From assembly GCA_964234715.1 (NCBI GenBank), contig OZ174275.1: a DNA stretch of 64,000 nt, one strand, 5' to 3'. Below, piece by piece: positions 62,906-64,000 of the stretch. Below the pieces are notes generated by a model. It had not been told where the DNA came from. It saw only the letters and a program-made list of their open reading frames with translations, and did not search any database. The stretch's first letter is position 1. Each line of letters opens with the position of its first letter. The position numbers and the translations under genes are program-made. This DNA is from Podarcis melisellensis (taxonomy: Eukaryota).

Positions 62906-64000
62906 ACTGTGGGTGGGGAGTACCAATGCCAGGTTTAGAGGTGCCCACCTCATTGTCATCAGGATCATACCAGGTGAGGAGAGAAGATTTAACTCGCCCC
63001 TCCCTAGATGTGAAACCAATTAAAATTCCCTGCCCCAAGACCACAGTTAGCCTTAGAAAAACAGTTCCCACTGGTGCAAATGGAAACTGCCCCCTGCTAA
63101 GGCTAACCACAGTCCAGGCTCTTTGCTCTGGATTGCACTTGAAGATGGAAAAGTTAAACCTCCTTTCCTCATGCACTGCGATTCCTATGAATCTGATTCC
63201 TTCTTAGAATCTGCTAATGTGACTACTAGCCATGCAATTGGCATAATATGTAGTTCAGGATGAAATAAACTACTTGTGAAAGTTGAAGACTATTTTTCCT
63301 TGGCCATTTTGGTGGTGCTGATTTTAAAAACATAATGTTTACATATATGACATGTATGCAGTATGTGACTGAACTAGGCGATCCACTGAATCATTTCCAA
63401 AGCTTTATTTTATCACAAAATGGGATCACCGAAAGCATTTTCCACAGTCCTTACACGGACTACTCATAATTTGATCCCATTAAACTAAATGGTATTCATG
63501 GTATTCGGGTTCAGTGTTGGTTTGAATCAAACCTACATTTTTAACACAGGGATTCTTGGTCTAGGACTCTTAGCAGAAGTATAGGAGCCTTGCACCCCAC
63601 TCAAAAGGTGCTTGGCAGAGAATGCTGTGAAATGGTGAAAAGCAACTGCTTAAAGATGGGACCCAAAATGTCGGGATTTAAACAAAGCCAGATTCCCTAA
63701 GTGGGTAACCCTATTAAACTGCTTTATACCACTGCTTTAGCTTATTCTTTGACACTTACATGCTCATTTAGTCAATTACCCATCTCATTTTCTTCCCCCA
63801 AGTTAAGAGAGAAGATATTGTCAGATAGCAGCACTATGGGAATGTTCTCAAAATGCCAACGTTTTTGTTATACTTTGCAGAACACACACACAAAAAAATC
63901 AAAAATGTACTTGGCATGATTTTCATCATGGTGATTCTTCTGGGTTCTCAAATATTATGGTCTATGGGAAACAAATCTGGATTCATGCTTGCTTCTGCTC

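Noticed and set aside
1-64000. CRISPR array, operon or known miRNA
   Set aside because: Vertebrate DNA; no regularly spaced repeat-spacer array, and only partial chance matches to mature miRNAs I recall

Overview
Repeat-rich, AT-rich vertebrate genomic DNA, almost certainly from a squamate and most likely a lacertid lizard. This assignment rests on multiple Sauria/Squam1 SINEs with (ACCTTT)n tails and Squam3-like SINEs. I recognise no host protein-coding exon. Every ORF with recognisable protein motifs is a fragment of a non-LTR retrotransposon (L1/Tx1, L2, CR1, Rex1/Babar, R4/Dong). The window reads as intronic or intergenic DNA filled with SINEs, TA-flanked Tc1/mariner-type MITEs, hAT-type MITEs with 8-bp target-site duplications (TSDs) and microsatellites. 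The most striking signal is three dispersed 97-134 bp Penelope-like insertions, each with its own TSD and each carrying an intact minimal type I hammerhead ribozyme motif with a palindromic stem III. This motif class is already known from Penelope-like elements, so it is notable but not clearly undescribed. Family names come from recalled consensus features, not from a database search.
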